Below the pieces are notes generated by a model, which worked only from the letters and a program-made list of their open reading frames with translations, ran no database searches and was not told the origin of the DNA. The position numbers and the translations under genes were made by a program. DNA of 32,356 nucleotides from a virus (lineage: Duplodnaviria > Caudoviricetes): positions 1 through 32,356 of IMG/VR virus record IMGVR_UViG_3300012921_000062; one strand, given 5' to 3'. The first letter of the stretch is position 1. The number at the start of each line of letters is the position of its first letter. Below, one piece after another: positions 1 to 10,087 of the stretch.

Positions 1-1341
1 TCATTTGTGGACGAAACAGACCGGGGCTGTGATGTCGTATGACTTGAACGCGGAATGCAGCGGAGCCCCTCGACGCCAGATGCGATCGAGGTTGTGGCGG
101 CGGTAGACCAGTTGATTCAGCGCCGCCATGCAACTGGCGGTCTTCTCGCTGCTGCCCTTGTGTCCCAGTGTGGCCCAGATGTCATAGAGCAGCGACAGCA
201 GCGGAGCGCGGAAGCCACCGAGGATGCCCGCATTGAGGATTGGTCGATCGAGCAACGCGGGATCGACTGTCCCGAAGGTCCCCTGCAGGCGTTCGAGCAT
301 CCAGCGGCCGGCGGATGTGTGCGCGTTGATGTGCCAGGGCTCGATGCCGATCCACAGATCGTGATCAGTGCGGAGCAGGGCAAAGGGATTATCGTTGATA
401 CGGACGTCGAACAGGTCGGTCATGAAAGCCGTGGCCACCCCGCTCTGGGCGATGTACTCCGCCGCCAGGTGAAACCGCCATGCGTTGGCGTGGGTGTCGG
501 CAGGGATCGGATCCACCCGCACGGCCTCAATACCAGCGGCCTGCAATCGCTCGCAGAAGGCCTCAGAGAGACCATCGTGCAAAATGACACCACGCAACCG
601 CTGACGCACGATCCCGGTAGCCCAGGGTTCGACCAGGTCCCAGCGATCGGCGGCGATGCGATGCCCGCTCTGTGGATCCGCCGCCGAATTCAGATAGACA
701 CTCACCACGAGGCGATCGAGCCGCCGCGGCCGCAACTCCGAGCGGCTGCCAGTGTGCTTGCGGTAATAGTACATCGCGGGATTGCGGGCCACCTGCCAGC
801 CATCGCGCAGGATCCGCTTCCAGACTTCGACATCTTCCACCGTTGCTTCATTCGGCCGGTCGAAGGCCCGCGAACGATCGGCTGCCGCGCGGCGGAACAC
901 CGCCCCCGCATGAATGAAGTTACTGTCCTCGATGTCACCGGGGACCGGGTTCCACACCAGGTCGGAATCACCGAAGTCAGTTACCGGGGAATAAGCAATC
1001 CCCACGCGGGGATCCGCAAACAACGGCACGGCAGCTGCGAGGTAATCCGGGGCGATCCGGTCATCGGCATCGAGGCAGCAGACGAGCGGGGCCGACGTCG
1101 CCAACAGGCCCGCCCGGCGGGCTTCGTGCGGGCTCCGGGCCTCGATGCGGAGACAACGCACACCACGACCGGCGAAGCGATCAGCCACGGCCCGCGTGTG
1201 ATCCGTGCTGGCATCGTCGATGACCACGATTTCCGCTGGTGCCAACGATTGAGCCAGTACGGACTCCAGGCACTCGGCCAGGTAGCGGCCGTAGTTATGA
1301 CAGGGAATCACGACGGCGACACTCACGGGAGGAAACTCCAT
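1..1341 (-). CDS. Two-domain glycosyltransferase (N-terminal GT2; C-terminal second GT-A-like domain)
   Basis: GT2 motifs VAVVIPCHN, VIDDAS, LDADD and ED; C-terminal FMTDLFDV...NPF and LNAGILGG; start trimmed to ATG 1341 (MEFPP). Confidence 0.88.
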   Translation of the reverse strand: MEFPPVSVAVVIPCHNYGRYLAECLESVLAQSLAPAEIVVIDDASTDHTRAVADRFAGRGVRCLRIEARSPHEARRAGLLATSAPLVCCLDADDRIAPDYLAAAVPLFADPRVGIAYSPVTDFGDSDLVWNPVPGDIEDSNFIHAGAVFRRAAADRSRAFDRPNEATVEDVEVWKRILRDGWQVARNPAMYYYRKHTGSRSELRPRRLDRLVVSVYLNSAADPQSGHRIAADRWDLVEPWATGIVRQRLRGVILHDGLSEAFCERLQAAGIEAVRVDPIPADTHANAWRFHLAAEYIAQSGVATAFMTDLFDVRINDNPFALLRTDHDLWIGIEPWHINAHTSAGRWMLERLQGTFGTVDPALLDRPILNAGILGGFRAPLLSLLYDIWATLGHKGSSEKTASCMAALNQLVYRRHNLDRIWRRGAPLHSAFKSYDITAPVCFVHK

Positions 1342-2501
1342 TCGTTTTCGCCAAGAGTCAGGCGGGGATTGCAGACCGCCACATGGCCATCGAGGCCCAC
1401 GGAAACGCGATAGCTGGCTGAGCCCGGTCCGTGTGCGTGCTGCCAATCCAATTGACCATCAGGAGTCAACACGACCAGCGAGGGCAGTCGTGAGGTGAGG
1501 TCGGGATCGTCGCCGAAGTCGCCCTGTGTGATGCCCGCGATGCGCCCTGAGAGATTGGCATCGATCGGACCGAGCCACGTTTGACGAGCATAGGTCCACA
1601 GCAGATTTAAGTCGGAGTCATACTGCCCGACCGGATGCGCGGCCCCCACGTCGGCATTCCAGAAAGGTCCAACGCTGAACGTCATGCGGCCACTGCCATC
1701 GACCGCCACGCCGCGACAGTGCTCCTCATCCACGTCGGGATCGCCCGGCCCTGCTGGTGGCAGGTAAGTGTGGGTGGAGTCGATCACGACAGATGCATCC
1801 CGAATGAAGATCGGGGCATAGCCGCGCTCGTCCGGATACTCCTCCAGGGGATGGTCCTGGTTGCTGCTGGCGGCGTAGACCCGATTGACGTCGGTCAGGT
1901 ACTTGATGTCATAGACCGGGCGTCGACCAGCGAAAAAGTCGGTCTGATACCACGATGTGACATTCCCCGTGGGGCGATGCACGGTCAGGCCAATGTGGTA
2001 TGCAATTAACCCGCCCGAGGGACTGTCAGCCGTGGTCATGGGCATGCCGACAAAGTTTCCCTGCCAATCAAATTTGGCGACCACCTGGCCGAAGATTGGG
2101 TGGTCGTCCGCAACGAAAAACCAAAAGAAGCGATCTGAAAGCACATACACATTCCCCGCGTCGTCGACCTCAACAGCGAGCGCGGATGGGTGCGGGTCTG
2201 GATCGGTTGTCAGATAGTCAACAAATGGCCCCAGATCGATGCGCCAGCGCGTTGTGCCATCATTCTTGTAGCAACGCAAAGCCCATTGCCGCACATCGTC
2301 TTCATCGGCCGGACTGACCGCCGACACCACCGGGCCGCAGACGATCACATCACCATTCATGGGGCTGATGCAGACGTCGGCGGGTGTGATGCCGACCGCG
2401 CTCGGCACGGACCAATCCCGCACCCACTGCGTGTGCCCCTGGGGATCGTAGAGCCGCACGGTGTATTGCTTCGGATCACAGCAAGGCCAGGCGTGGCACA
2501 T
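1323..2501 (-). CDS. Beta-propeller protein, probable tail/receptor-binding or virion protein
   Basis: Repeated propeller-blade-like motifs (AVEVDDAGNVYV, GVAVDGSGRM, LTPDGQLDW); ATG 2501 overlaps the upstream stop as TGATG. Confidence 0.65.
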   Translation of the reverse strand: MCHAWPCCDPKQYTVRLYDPQGHTQWVRDWSVPSAVGITPADVCISPMNGDVIVCGPVVSAVSPADEDDVRQWALRCYKNDGTTRWRIDLGPFVDYLTTDPDPHPSALAVEVDDAGNVYVLSDRFFWFFVADDHPIFGQVVAKFDWQGNFVGMPMTTADSPSGGLIAYHIGLTVHRPTGNVTSWYQTDFFAGRRPVYDIKYLTDVNRVYAASSNQDHPLEEYPDERGYAPIFIRDASVVIDSTHTYLPPAGPGDPDVDEEHCRGVAVDGSGRMTFSVGPFWNADVGAAHPVGQYDSDLNLLWTYARQTWLGPIDANLSGRIAGITQGDFGDDPDLTSRLPSLVVLTPDGQLDWQHAHGPGSASYRVSVGLDGHVAVCNPRLTLGENEWSFLP

Positions 2502-3205
2502 CAGAGATTCCTCGTCAGGCACTCGCCGTGGACCCACGTCCAACCCAGCGGGTCGAACGGCAGACACCAACCGAAAGCCCCCGGCTCTAACTCAATGTCC
2601 GAGGGCAGGCCGGTCCACACCGTTTCGGCTTGCGCCGTGGGAATCCACCAGTCGCGATACAGCCTCAGATTGTGGCCGGTGTCAGCGAGGCCGGGCAGAG
2701 TTATTGCATCAAATTCATCGGCGTACAGGATGTGCCACTGCCGGGCGGTATAGGTGATCGGGACGTCATCGGTGCCCAGGTTGCTTTGATGCCCGATCAC
2801 TCCCAAGACATCGGGCACGCCCACCAGGTCGATCAAGGCCTGCTGCAGCTCGGCGGCCGTCAGATCGTCGTCCAGTTCGGGGGTCTGTCGCCCCTCGAAC
2901 TCGAAGCGAAAGGGGGTGGGCTCATCCCAATCGAGATTGCGGATCCGCAGCGTCTGCATGCGGAGTCGGGTGGTCTCACAGCGTAGGGCCTCGGCCGAGA
3001 AGCGCCGGCCGTACTGGTATTCCCCATCACCAGCCCCGTCGTCGTCCTCCGGGGCCTCGAATGCCCCATTGAGCATGAACATCGACAGCCCAGGCTGGCG
3101 CTGACTCTCGCGGGACGCGTCAGTCGGTTCTCCCGCTTCGTAGGCGGTCACCACGCGATTCATGCGGGCGATGTCGGCAGCGGTGAGACGATAACCTTTG
3201 GCCAT
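2501..3205 (-). CDS. Minor tail protein
   Basis: Lies in the tail module and carries a copy of the repeat domain seen twice in the upstream gene (QTLRI...FRFEFEGRQT...TAAELQQAL). Confidence 0.6.
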   Translation of the reverse strand: MAKGYRLTAADIARMNRVVTAYEAGEPTDASRESQRQPGLSMFMLNGAFEAPEDDDGAGDGEYQYGRRFSAEALRCETTRLRMQTLRIRNLDWDEPTPFRFEFEGRQTPELDDDLTAAELQQALIDLVGVPDVLGVIGHQSNLGTDDVPITYTARQWHILYADEFDAITLPGLADTGHNLRLYRDWWIPTAQAETVWTGLPSDIELEPGAFGWCLPFDPLGWTWVHGECLTRNL

Positions 3206-3229
3206 GGCCACTCATCCCGAAATGGAATC

Positions 3230-5545
3230 TCAGATCTCGACAGACCCGTCCACGGTGGCACCCAGCATGCGGAGCGATCCCCCGGTTCGCTCGATGTCCC
3301 CGGCGGTCACATTCGGCCCCACGAGCACTTGTCCACCGCGAATCTTCAGGGCATCGAATTCGGATGCCTGGTCGGCATCGATCGCGATTCCGCAGTCTCC
3401 CGACAGGATCTCCAGAGTGTTGCCGGCACCGTTGCCCAGCCATTGCACGGCGGGCACGTTGTCGCTTGATCCCGAGGACGCGACTTGCTGGAGATTCACC
3501 GGCAGTCCGCGCGTGTCGACGTGGAACCGCGTGGATCCATCGCCATCACCGCGCCCGATCCGCAGTGCATCGATCCAGGCTGCCAGGAAGCGGGTGCGGT
3601 ATTCCAGGAAGGCCGCCTCGCGGTTCGTGCGGGCCAGTCCCAGGCGGCCCCGGTACTTCGCGTCACTTTCCCCATACGTGAAGTGCACGCCGAGGTAATG
3701 CGGGCCAGTGCCCGCGCTGGTGATGGCCACCGGCGGGCCGTCCAGCGTGGTGGAGACGCGCACATAAGGGCCGCTGGGATCCAGGTCACGAATGTAATAC
3801 GTGGTCTCGTCACTGAGGCCACCCGGGAGCGTATCCTCGGTGACGAGCTCGACCGCTTGACCCTCCCACAGAGCGATCTGTGGGTCCGCGAGCAGCAGCC
3901 GATCCGTCGCGGGATCCGCGGTGAAGGCCGTGCGCTGGCAGAGACCATAGAGCAGGTCGACCTGGTTGTCACCGAGATAGAACTGATCGAGCCGCTGCGG
4001 TACGCCGAAGGCTCCCGCTTCGTCCTGCCAGTTGAGCGGATCGTCCCAGTGATTGGGGCCTCGGCTGCGTTGCTCTTCCACGATGGTGACCGCCGGACCA
4101 CCCGAGGTGACCGTGGTCACGATGACATTGGCGTTGACCAGCGTGTCAGTCGCCGTCATCTGTGGGAGATCGCCCAGCGAAGCGGCGAAGCTGAACGTAA
4201 TCGTCGCCGGCCACGGTCCGCCGGAGCAGAGCACGTTCCCCGCGCCGACGTTCGACAAGGCTTCAATCGCCGCCTGGGCCTCGGCGGCCGTGGCATCAAA
4301 ATCGAGGGCCGCGGCGGTCTCGCCATCGAGATCGAGCGTCACCTGGCCGCTGCGAGGCGTCCCCGTCAGTGCCACGGTCTGGATCTCGGCCAGCCCCCCG
4401 GTTTCGACATGCAGCGTGGGGACGGTGCCGTAACCCGCGCCGTTATTGTCGAACACTGCACACAACCCATCACCCGAGTTCACGCGCAGGTGCAAATGCA
4501 CGCGCTTGTCGGTCGCGTAATAGGCTGAGTTCACCAACTCTTGAATGATGTGCGCGATATCCCCCATGTCGACCTTGGAGTCTCCCAGGTCACTGTCCCA
4601 GCCGAAGGGCTCGGCCGCGGCCGTCAACTCCCGCGTCATCACATCATTGGCGATCGCATTGGCCGTGCCCGCAAACGAGGCCACATCGGGTGAGCCGTAA
4701 CACACCCCGCTGATAGTCATGCTGACGTTGCCGACTGATTGCACGTGCAGAGAAGCTGCCGTGATGCTGGCCCCGAAAGGGATCGTGGGCAACTCAAACA
4801 CCAGCAGCAGGTGATGCATTTGCTCATTCAGCACGTCGCGGCCCAGATATTGCGCCACGCTGTTGGCGAACCAGTTCGCACCGGCTTCGGGATTGTCGTC
4901 CGGCCAGTAGACCGTGCCGATCGTCGTGTAGGTGCGATCGACGGTGAGACCACCCGTGCTGTCGCCATCTTGGACGGTGTCGATCGAGGCCCCGGAGTTG
5001 CCGCCGGTGAGGTTGCTGCCATCAACGACCAGGCTCGACACATTCTGCTCGGCGAAGCGGCCGCCGAACGTCACTGTCCAGGGGCCACCTGCATCGCCAG
5101 TGACAGCCACATCACCCACCTCGATGGTGGAGAGACCTTCCAGGGCCGTCTGCACGGTCGCGGCGGAAGCGTTGTAAGCGATGTCGGCGTCGTCCCCATC
5201 GAAGGCCACATTCCACGTGCCGCCGGCAGGAGCATTCACGAGGGTGATGATCTGCACTTCGTCCTGGCCCTCATCTGAGGCGATCGTGATCACCACAAAA
5301 AACGGCACGCCGGCGGTGCGGGCCGTGAGCAGCAAGTCGCTGCCCGAGGCACTGGCCACGGCACCCCGAAACTCCGCGTGCGTGCTCCCGTTCCAGGCCG
5401 TGGCGATCGCCGCCGCCGACCAGGTGGAGAAGGTCAGGGATTTATTGCCGATCTGGAACGTGATGGCTCCGTCCACCAGCGGCGGCTTGATGCGCTGCAC
5501 TTTGGCCACGGCGGGAGCATCACCACGAAAGAAACGCTTGGCCAT
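3230..5545 (-). CDS. Large modular minor tail protein
   Basis: 771 aa, downstream of the tape measure; two EVQ/EIQ...ASAATVQTALE repeat domains, a carbohydrate-binding-like insert (LLVFELPTIPFGASITAASLHV) and a Gly-rich C-terminus. Confidence 0.72.
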   Translation of the reverse strand: MAKRFFRGDAPAVAKVQRIKPPLVDGAITFQIGNKSLTFSTWSAAAIATAWNGSTHAEFRGAVASASGSDLLLTARTAGVPFFVVITIASDEGQDEVQIITLVNAPAGGTWNVAFDGDDADIAYNASAATVQTALEGLSTIEVGDVAVTGDAGGPWTVTFGGRFAEQNVSSLVVDGSNLTGGNSGASIDTVQDGDSTGGLTVDRTYTTIGTVYWPDDNPEAGANWFANSVAQYLGRDVLNEQMHHLLLVFELPTIPFGASITAASLHVQSVGNVSMTISGVCYGSPDVASFAGTANAIANDVMTRELTAAAEPFGWDSDLGDSKVDMGDIAHIIQELVNSAYYATDKRVHLHLRVNSGDGLCAVFDNNGAGYGTVPTLHVETGGLAEIQTVALTGTPRSGQVTLDLDGETAAALDFDATAAEAQAAIEALSNVGAGNVLCSGGPWPATITFSFAASLGDLPQMTATDTLVNANVIVTTVTSGGPAVTIVEEQRSRGPNHWDDPLNWQDEAGAFGVPQRLDQFYLGDNQVDLLYGLCQRTAFTADPATDRLLLADPQIALWEGQAVELVTEDTLPGGLSDETTYYIRDLDPSGPYVRVSTTLDGPPVAITSAGTGPHYLGVHFTYGESDAKYRGRLGLARTNREAAFLEYRTRFLAAWIDALRIGRGDGDGSTRFHVDTRGLPVNLQQVASSGSSDNVPAVQWLGNGAGNTLEILSGDCGIAIDADQASEFDALKIRGGQVLVGPNVTAGDIERTGGSLRMLGATVDGSVEI

Positions 5546-5549
5546 CAGA

Positions 5550-6413
5550 TCACCTCAAAGGCAGGACACCGAGGGGCGCCTGTTCGTAAATTTCCTCTTC
5601 CAGAATCACCACGTCTTGCGGCTCTGGTTCCGGGATCCAGAGACCATTCCTGTCCAGCAGCTGCGGTTCATTGGGCGGCTGCCCGTTGATCAGGATCGGC
5701 CGTCGCACCTTGACCGGCTGCCCGAATCTCGGGCCCGGGGTGCGAGACGTCTCCGGCACACGCTGGTTGTAGCCCACGGAGGGGTAACGGTAATTCCACT
5801 TGCTCTTGCGATAGGCCAGCTCAAACGTCGTGGGATAGAACTCCACGTCGTTCTGTTCCTGCATCTCTCCAAAGTCGACTTTGCGCAGCAGTAACGAGCG
5901 CGGCTCGCGATCGCGGCCCCCGATCCTCAGCGTCTCGGAATTCACCACGTCTTCGAGGTCGGTCATCCATTCAGCAATCTGCGGGAGATTCTTTTTGAAG
6001 ACGAAGACCCGGATCCGCTCCGGCTTGTCGATCGGCTGCACAATGTCGCCCGCACTGTTCAGGATGAGTCGGCCCCGGCGATTCAGGATGGTCGCCGAGG
6101 GCAAAGTTTCCGTCCGCATGCTGTACCGCACCGGTTCATCGAGTGGATTCCTGGTGATGGTGTCGGTGTAGCGCACCGAGGCCATCCAGATCTTGGCGTG
6201 CTCCAACTGGTCGGCACCGAACTCGTCGACAAAGAACGACGCTTGCGAGGGGTGCGGTTGCCAGCGCTGAAACTGCGGCAGATCGCGCTTGATCTCCAGC
6301 AAGGAGTCATCCAGCGAGCTCACGTAGATCTGTAGCTTCTGCGTCAGTTCCTGCCCGGACCGATTCGAGCGGATTTGACCGGCATCTTTAACATCCCACC
6401 GCACCACGCCCAT
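5550..6413 (-). CDS. Tail tip/distal tail-type protein
   Basis: Immediately follows the tape measure with TAATG coupling; 287 aa; position-based call. Confidence 0.6.
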   Translation of the reverse strand: MGVVRWDVKDAGQIRSNRSGQELTQKLQIYVSSLDDSLLEIKRDLPQFQRWQPHPSQASFFVDEFGADQLEHAKIWMASVRYTDTITRNPLDEPVRYSMRTETLPSATILNRRGRLILNSAGDIVQPIDKPERIRVFVFKKNLPQIAEWMTDLEDVVNSETLRIGGRDREPRSLLLRKVDFGEMQEQNDVEFYPTTFELAYRKSKWNYRYPSVGYNQRVPETSRTPGPRFGQPVKVRRPILINGQPPNEPQLLDRNGLWIPEPEPQDVVILEEEIYEQAPLGVLPLR

Positions 6414-8437
6414 TAGTTGGCTCCATCCAGTGACAGCACGTCTCCAGAATCGTCTCGCCGTGTGCGGTCTAACTCATCCTGGATGCCATCCAGCTTTGCG
6501 TTGGTCTGTTCGACCCCCTTGGCCATGCGGGCGGTGTTATTCGCCGTCTGCTGGTCGGCTCCGCCGCCACCGAAGGCCGACAGGATTTGCTTGAGACCCT
6601 CCGCAGAGCGGATGTCAGCCGAGTTCGCGGCCTGCTGCGAGCGGACCGCCCCGCCGGCCAACTGGCCCTGCAGGGAGTTGCCCCCGGGCTTTTGCTTCGT
6701 GGCCCGATCGGCTTGCAACTGATTGGCCTTCGCGGCGGCATCGGCCAGCCGTTTCTGGGCCGCTGCTAGGGCCGCCTGCTCGCGCTGGTCGGCCGCGTCG
6801 CGCGCCCGTGATCGCTGGTCGCGCTTCTGCCCGGTCATGTTGTCGACTTCGCCGAGCGAGCCTTGCCGGTTCTGTTCGATCTGGGCCAGGCGGCGTTGTC
6901 GTTCCTGTTCGCGGGCCAGGATGCTGGCATCGGCCGAGCCACTCGCCCCACTGTTGCGGCGGGCGAGATCGGCATCCATCTCAGCCATGACCTCGTTGGG
7001 GTCGAGGCCTTCCATTTTCGCGATCAGCCAGGCGAAGCCCTTGCCCACGAAATTCTGGGCGGTTCGCCAGCCGTTCATGAATCGCGTGGTAAATGACGTC
7101 CATGCATCGGCCAGGAAGTCGACCGATTGCACCCAGGCGGTTTCGAGCACTGCGGCGGTGTTGATAAAGGCCTTGGAGACGATGGCCTGGGCCCGCTGCC
7201 AGACGTCCAGGAAGGCGTCCCGGAAATCGAGCCATTTTGATTCGAGGAAGTTGGTGACGCGGACCCACTGCAAGCGCAGGAAGGCCATCGCCACCTCAAA
7301 GGCCGTCTGCAAGTCGCCCGCCTGAATCGCCGCCACGATGCCACCCCACGCGGTCAGGGCATCGTCTTTTAGTGTGCCGAAGGCCTCGGCAATCCAGCCC
7401 AGCGAGGAGCGGCCCGCCTCGGTGAAGCCAAAGAACCAGGTCGCCAGGCCCGCGAGCGCGATGATCACGAGGCCAATCGGGGAGAGCACAAACGACAGCA
7501 CGGCCCCGAGGCCCACCCACAGCGTCACAAAGCCCCCGATGACCATGCTGGCCAGGCTGATGACACCGCTGAGCCCTACCAAGGCCACGCCGATGCCACC
7601 GATGCCGGCGGCGACGGCGATCGCCGTGAGAATCAGAGACCTGTTGTCACTGACCCAGCGGGCCACGCCCCCGGCGAGCTTGGTGACCCACTCGAAGGCC
7701 GCGGTGATGGCGGGTGCCACGGCGGTGAACAGACTCACCGCCACCGCTGTCAGTGAGGCCTTGAGCTTTTGGATGGAGTCGGTCATGGCCGCGAGCGATT
7801 CGGCATCTTCGCCGCTCATCGAGCGGCCGAGATCTCGGGCTTCTTGTCGCAAGGCCGCGATGCCGGCCGAGCCCTCGGAGAGCATGGGCAGCAGTTGCTG
7901 CCCCGACTTACCGAACACGGCCATCGCCGCGGCGGTCCGCTTGGCGGGATCCTCGATCTGGTTGACGCCATCGGCCAGCGCCGCGAACTGATCCTCGGGC
8001 GACAGCTGCATCAACTGTTCGGCCGACATGCCGAGGTCGGCCAGGGCTTCGCGTGCCGACTTCGAGCCACCGGCCGCATTGGCGATGGTCTTCTGCATCC
8101 CCATCCAGCCACGTTCGAGCGTGGCGGCATCAGCCCCCGCAAACTCGGCCGCATGCGACAGTTCTGTCACGGCCTCCGTGCTGGTGCCAATCCGGTTGGC
8201 CATGTCAGAGGCCTGGGCGCCCATCTCGCCGAACTGTTCGCCCAGCGTCATGATGGCCGCCACACCGGTGACACCGGCGAGGGCCAGGGGCGCGGCAATC
8301 TTGGTGCCGATCGAGCGCAGGCCCGAGGCCCAGCCGGTCAGTTGCGACTGAGCCGCTTTAAGGCCCCGCACCAGGCGGCTGTTGTCGCTGAAGATTTCGA
8401 CATAAGCACCGCCCGCCTTGACGTCACTGGCACCCAT
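6413..8437 (-). CDS. Tail tape measure protein
   Basis: 674 aa, Ala/Gly-rich and helical; AGGAYVEI N-terminus, TAAAMAVFGKSG motif, hydrophobic stretch and periodic Trp; follows the chaperone pair. Confidence 0.93.
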   Translation of the reverse strand: MGASDVKAGGAYVEIFSDNSRLVRGLKAAQSQLTGWASGLRSIGTKIAAPLALAGVTGVAAIMTLGEQFGEMGAQASDMANRIGTSTEAVTELSHAAEFAGADAATLERGWMGMQKTIANAAGGSKSAREALADLGMSAEQLMQLSPEDQFAALADGVNQIEDPAKRTAAAMAVFGKSGQQLLPMLSEGSAGIAALRQEARDLGRSMSGEDAESLAAMTDSIQKLKASLTAVAVSLFTAVAPAITAAFEWVTKLAGGVARWVSDNRSLILTAIAVAAGIGGIGVALVGLSGVISLASMVIGGFVTLWVGLGAVLSFVLSPIGLVIIALAGLATWFFGFTEAGRSSLGWIAEAFGTLKDDALTAWGGIVAAIQAGDLQTAFEVAMAFLRLQWVRVTNFLESKWLDFRDAFLDVWQRAQAIVSKAFINTAAVLETAWVQSVDFLADAWTSFTTRFMNGWRTAQNFVGKGFAWLIAKMEGLDPNEVMAEMDADLARRNSGASGSADASILAREQERQRRLAQIEQNRQGSLGEVDNMTGQKRDQRSRARDAADQREQAALAAAQKRLADAAAKANQLQADRATKQKPGGNSLQGQLAGGAVRSQQAANSADIRSAEGLKQILSAFGGGGADQQTANNTARMAKGVEQTNAKLDGIQDELDRTRRDDSGDVLSLDGAN

Positions 8438-8443
8438 CGAGAC

Positions 8444-8735
8444 TTACTCCTCATCATCCAGGCCAAGCAACTTCTCAAACGTGGACCACGAAATCCGGTC
8501 CTGTGTCGGCGAGCGGTTCGCCGCCTCGATCGGATGAAACTCCCACGGCTGAAAGGCCGTGCCGCGCTTCTCCGGGTTGCGGTGGCAGTTTGCGATCAGG
8601 CACAGCAGCTGCGATGTATGGTCCCAGCGGTCGCGGTGATGGGCCTCGACCATGAAGACCAGTTGCCGCAAGGTCAGGGGTTGCGGGTCGAGTCCGAGGA
8701 TGCCGGCAAGTTGCCAGTGGAGTTCCCAGAGATCG
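8444..8735 (-). CDS. Tail assembly chaperone T-like frame (probably expressed as a G-T frameshift fusion; start approximate)
   Basis: Open -1 frame overlapping the end of the upstream gene; WQLAGILGLDPQPLTLRQL...WDHTS segment; directly upstream of the tape measure. Confidence 0.7.
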
Positions 8736-9189
8736 ATCGTTCGATGCCCGCCTCGATCTCCTGCTGCAACTCTTTCAGGTCGGAGTTCGCCATCGTTTGC
8801 TGGATCGCCCGGAGATTCCGATTGCGGACATTCGCGGCCGCGCTGAGCACTGTCTCCACCAGTGGCTTCAACGCGGCCCGCTTCTCCGGGGGGTAGTAAT
8901 CCACCATGCCCGTCAGCAACGCAGCCACGGCATCCCACGAGTGCTCTTCGTGCAGGGAGTCGGCAAACTCCTCATCGCCCACACCTTTGTCCCGCAATTG
9001 CGGTCGCAGCTGCACCAGAAGCACCTGCAACAGCTTGAACACGTCATCGCGGATCACCGCGAGTGCTGGGGAATGGGGATTATGCAGGGTCAGCAGATCG
9101 AGGCCTGTTTCCGCCTTGACGCGGGCGATCGAACCGAGCGTGAACTCGATCGACCAGAGGCGTTTTTTATTGTCCGTAAACGTAGCCAC
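8674..9189 (-). CDS. Tail assembly chaperone G-like protein
   Basis: Between tail tube and tape measure; GTG start with AAGGA ribosome-binding site. Confidence 0.75.
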   Translation of the reverse strand: MATFTDNKKRLWSIEFTLGSIARVKAETGLDLLTLHNPHSPALAVIRDDVFKLLQVLLVQLRPQLRDKGVGDEEFADSLHEEHSWDAVAALLTGMVDYYPPEKRAALKPLVETVLSAAANVRNRNLRAIQQTMANSDLKELQQEIEAGIERSISGNSTGNLPASSDSTRNP

Positions 9190-9245
9190 GGTTCAGCATC
9201 CTTGCAGCGGGCTTGTGGTTGGGAGTGGCGGACGGGTGTTTGATT

Positions 9246-9518
9246 TCAGTCTTCGACCACCGGCTGCTCGGCGGGGATGAGTCCCAGCACGATCTTAAGC
9301 TGATCGGAGCGGATGCCGACTTCGCGGACATTTCCGGCACGCTCGGCACCGAGACGCAGATCGGCTAGCAGCTTGGCCTCATACGTGCCGGCGGGTGCCA
9401 CCGCCGCAGCGAGTCCTCGCAGCCAGTCACTGAGCGGCACCCGGACGACGCGTGCGGAGGCTTTCGCGTGGCTTGCTGCAGGCTTTCCGTCGAGAGCGTT
9501 TTGCAATACCTGAATCAT
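9246..9518 (-). CDS. Hypothetical protein in tail module
   Basis: 90 aa ORF with GAAAGG upstream; fills the gap between tail tube and chaperone. Confidence 0.55.
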   Translation of the reverse strand: MIQVLQNALDGKPAASHAKASARVVRVPLSDWLRGLAAAVAPAGTYEAKLLADLRLGAERAGNVREVGIRSDQLKIVLGLIPAEQPVVED

Positions 9519-9575
9519 CGAACTGGCCTTTCGGTTGAACTGGGATGGGGTGACGACGTGTATTGCGATGTGGAA

Positions 9576-10037
9576 TTACGCGCCTTCTTCGGTGACGCGT
9601 TCCACCACGGGCGTGGTGGAGTCGTCCGGATCACGCACCACCAGCTTCACCGTGGTGTTGGTGTGCCCTTCCTGGTCCTGAGTTTCTCCAAACTCGGAGA
9701 CTTCCATCTGGATACGCACGCCCTTGCGGTCCCCGCTGGTCGCATCGGCTGCGCGCAGCACCATCAGATCCAGCTGCGTGCTGTTCCAGTAGGAATCCTC
9801 AAACGCCACATACTGGGTATCCCCATCATCAGCGTTCATCTCGAATTCCAGGCCGAACTCTTTCAGCGTGCCGATGAAGGCCTTGTAGCCCCCATGCCGA
9901 CGCGTGGTGACTTCGCCCATGGTTTTGGTTTTCGGGATGCCGGGGTTCCGGACATTCTTAACTTCAACCCAGGTGGGGGAAGCGTACGTGCCGGTGTTCC
10001 GTTTCAGCACGCAATCGAGACCAGCACGAGCACCCAT
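9576..10037 (-). CDS. Major tail tube protein
   Basis: 153 aa, beta-rich (WVEVKNV...EVTTR...YKAFIGTLKEFGLEFEM); position before the chaperones. Confidence 0.8.
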   Translation of the reverse strand: MGARAGLDCVLKRNTGTYASPTWVEVKNVRNPGIPKTKTMGEVTTRRHGGYKAFIGTLKEFGLEFEMNADDGDTQYVAFEDSYWNSTQLDLMVLRAADATSGDRKGVRIQMEVSEFGETQDQEGHTNTTVKLVVRDPDDSTTPVVERVTEEGA

Positions 10038-10087
10038 GGTGCAATCCTTTCAGGGATGAGACGAAACAGGGTCAACACGAGACGGAC

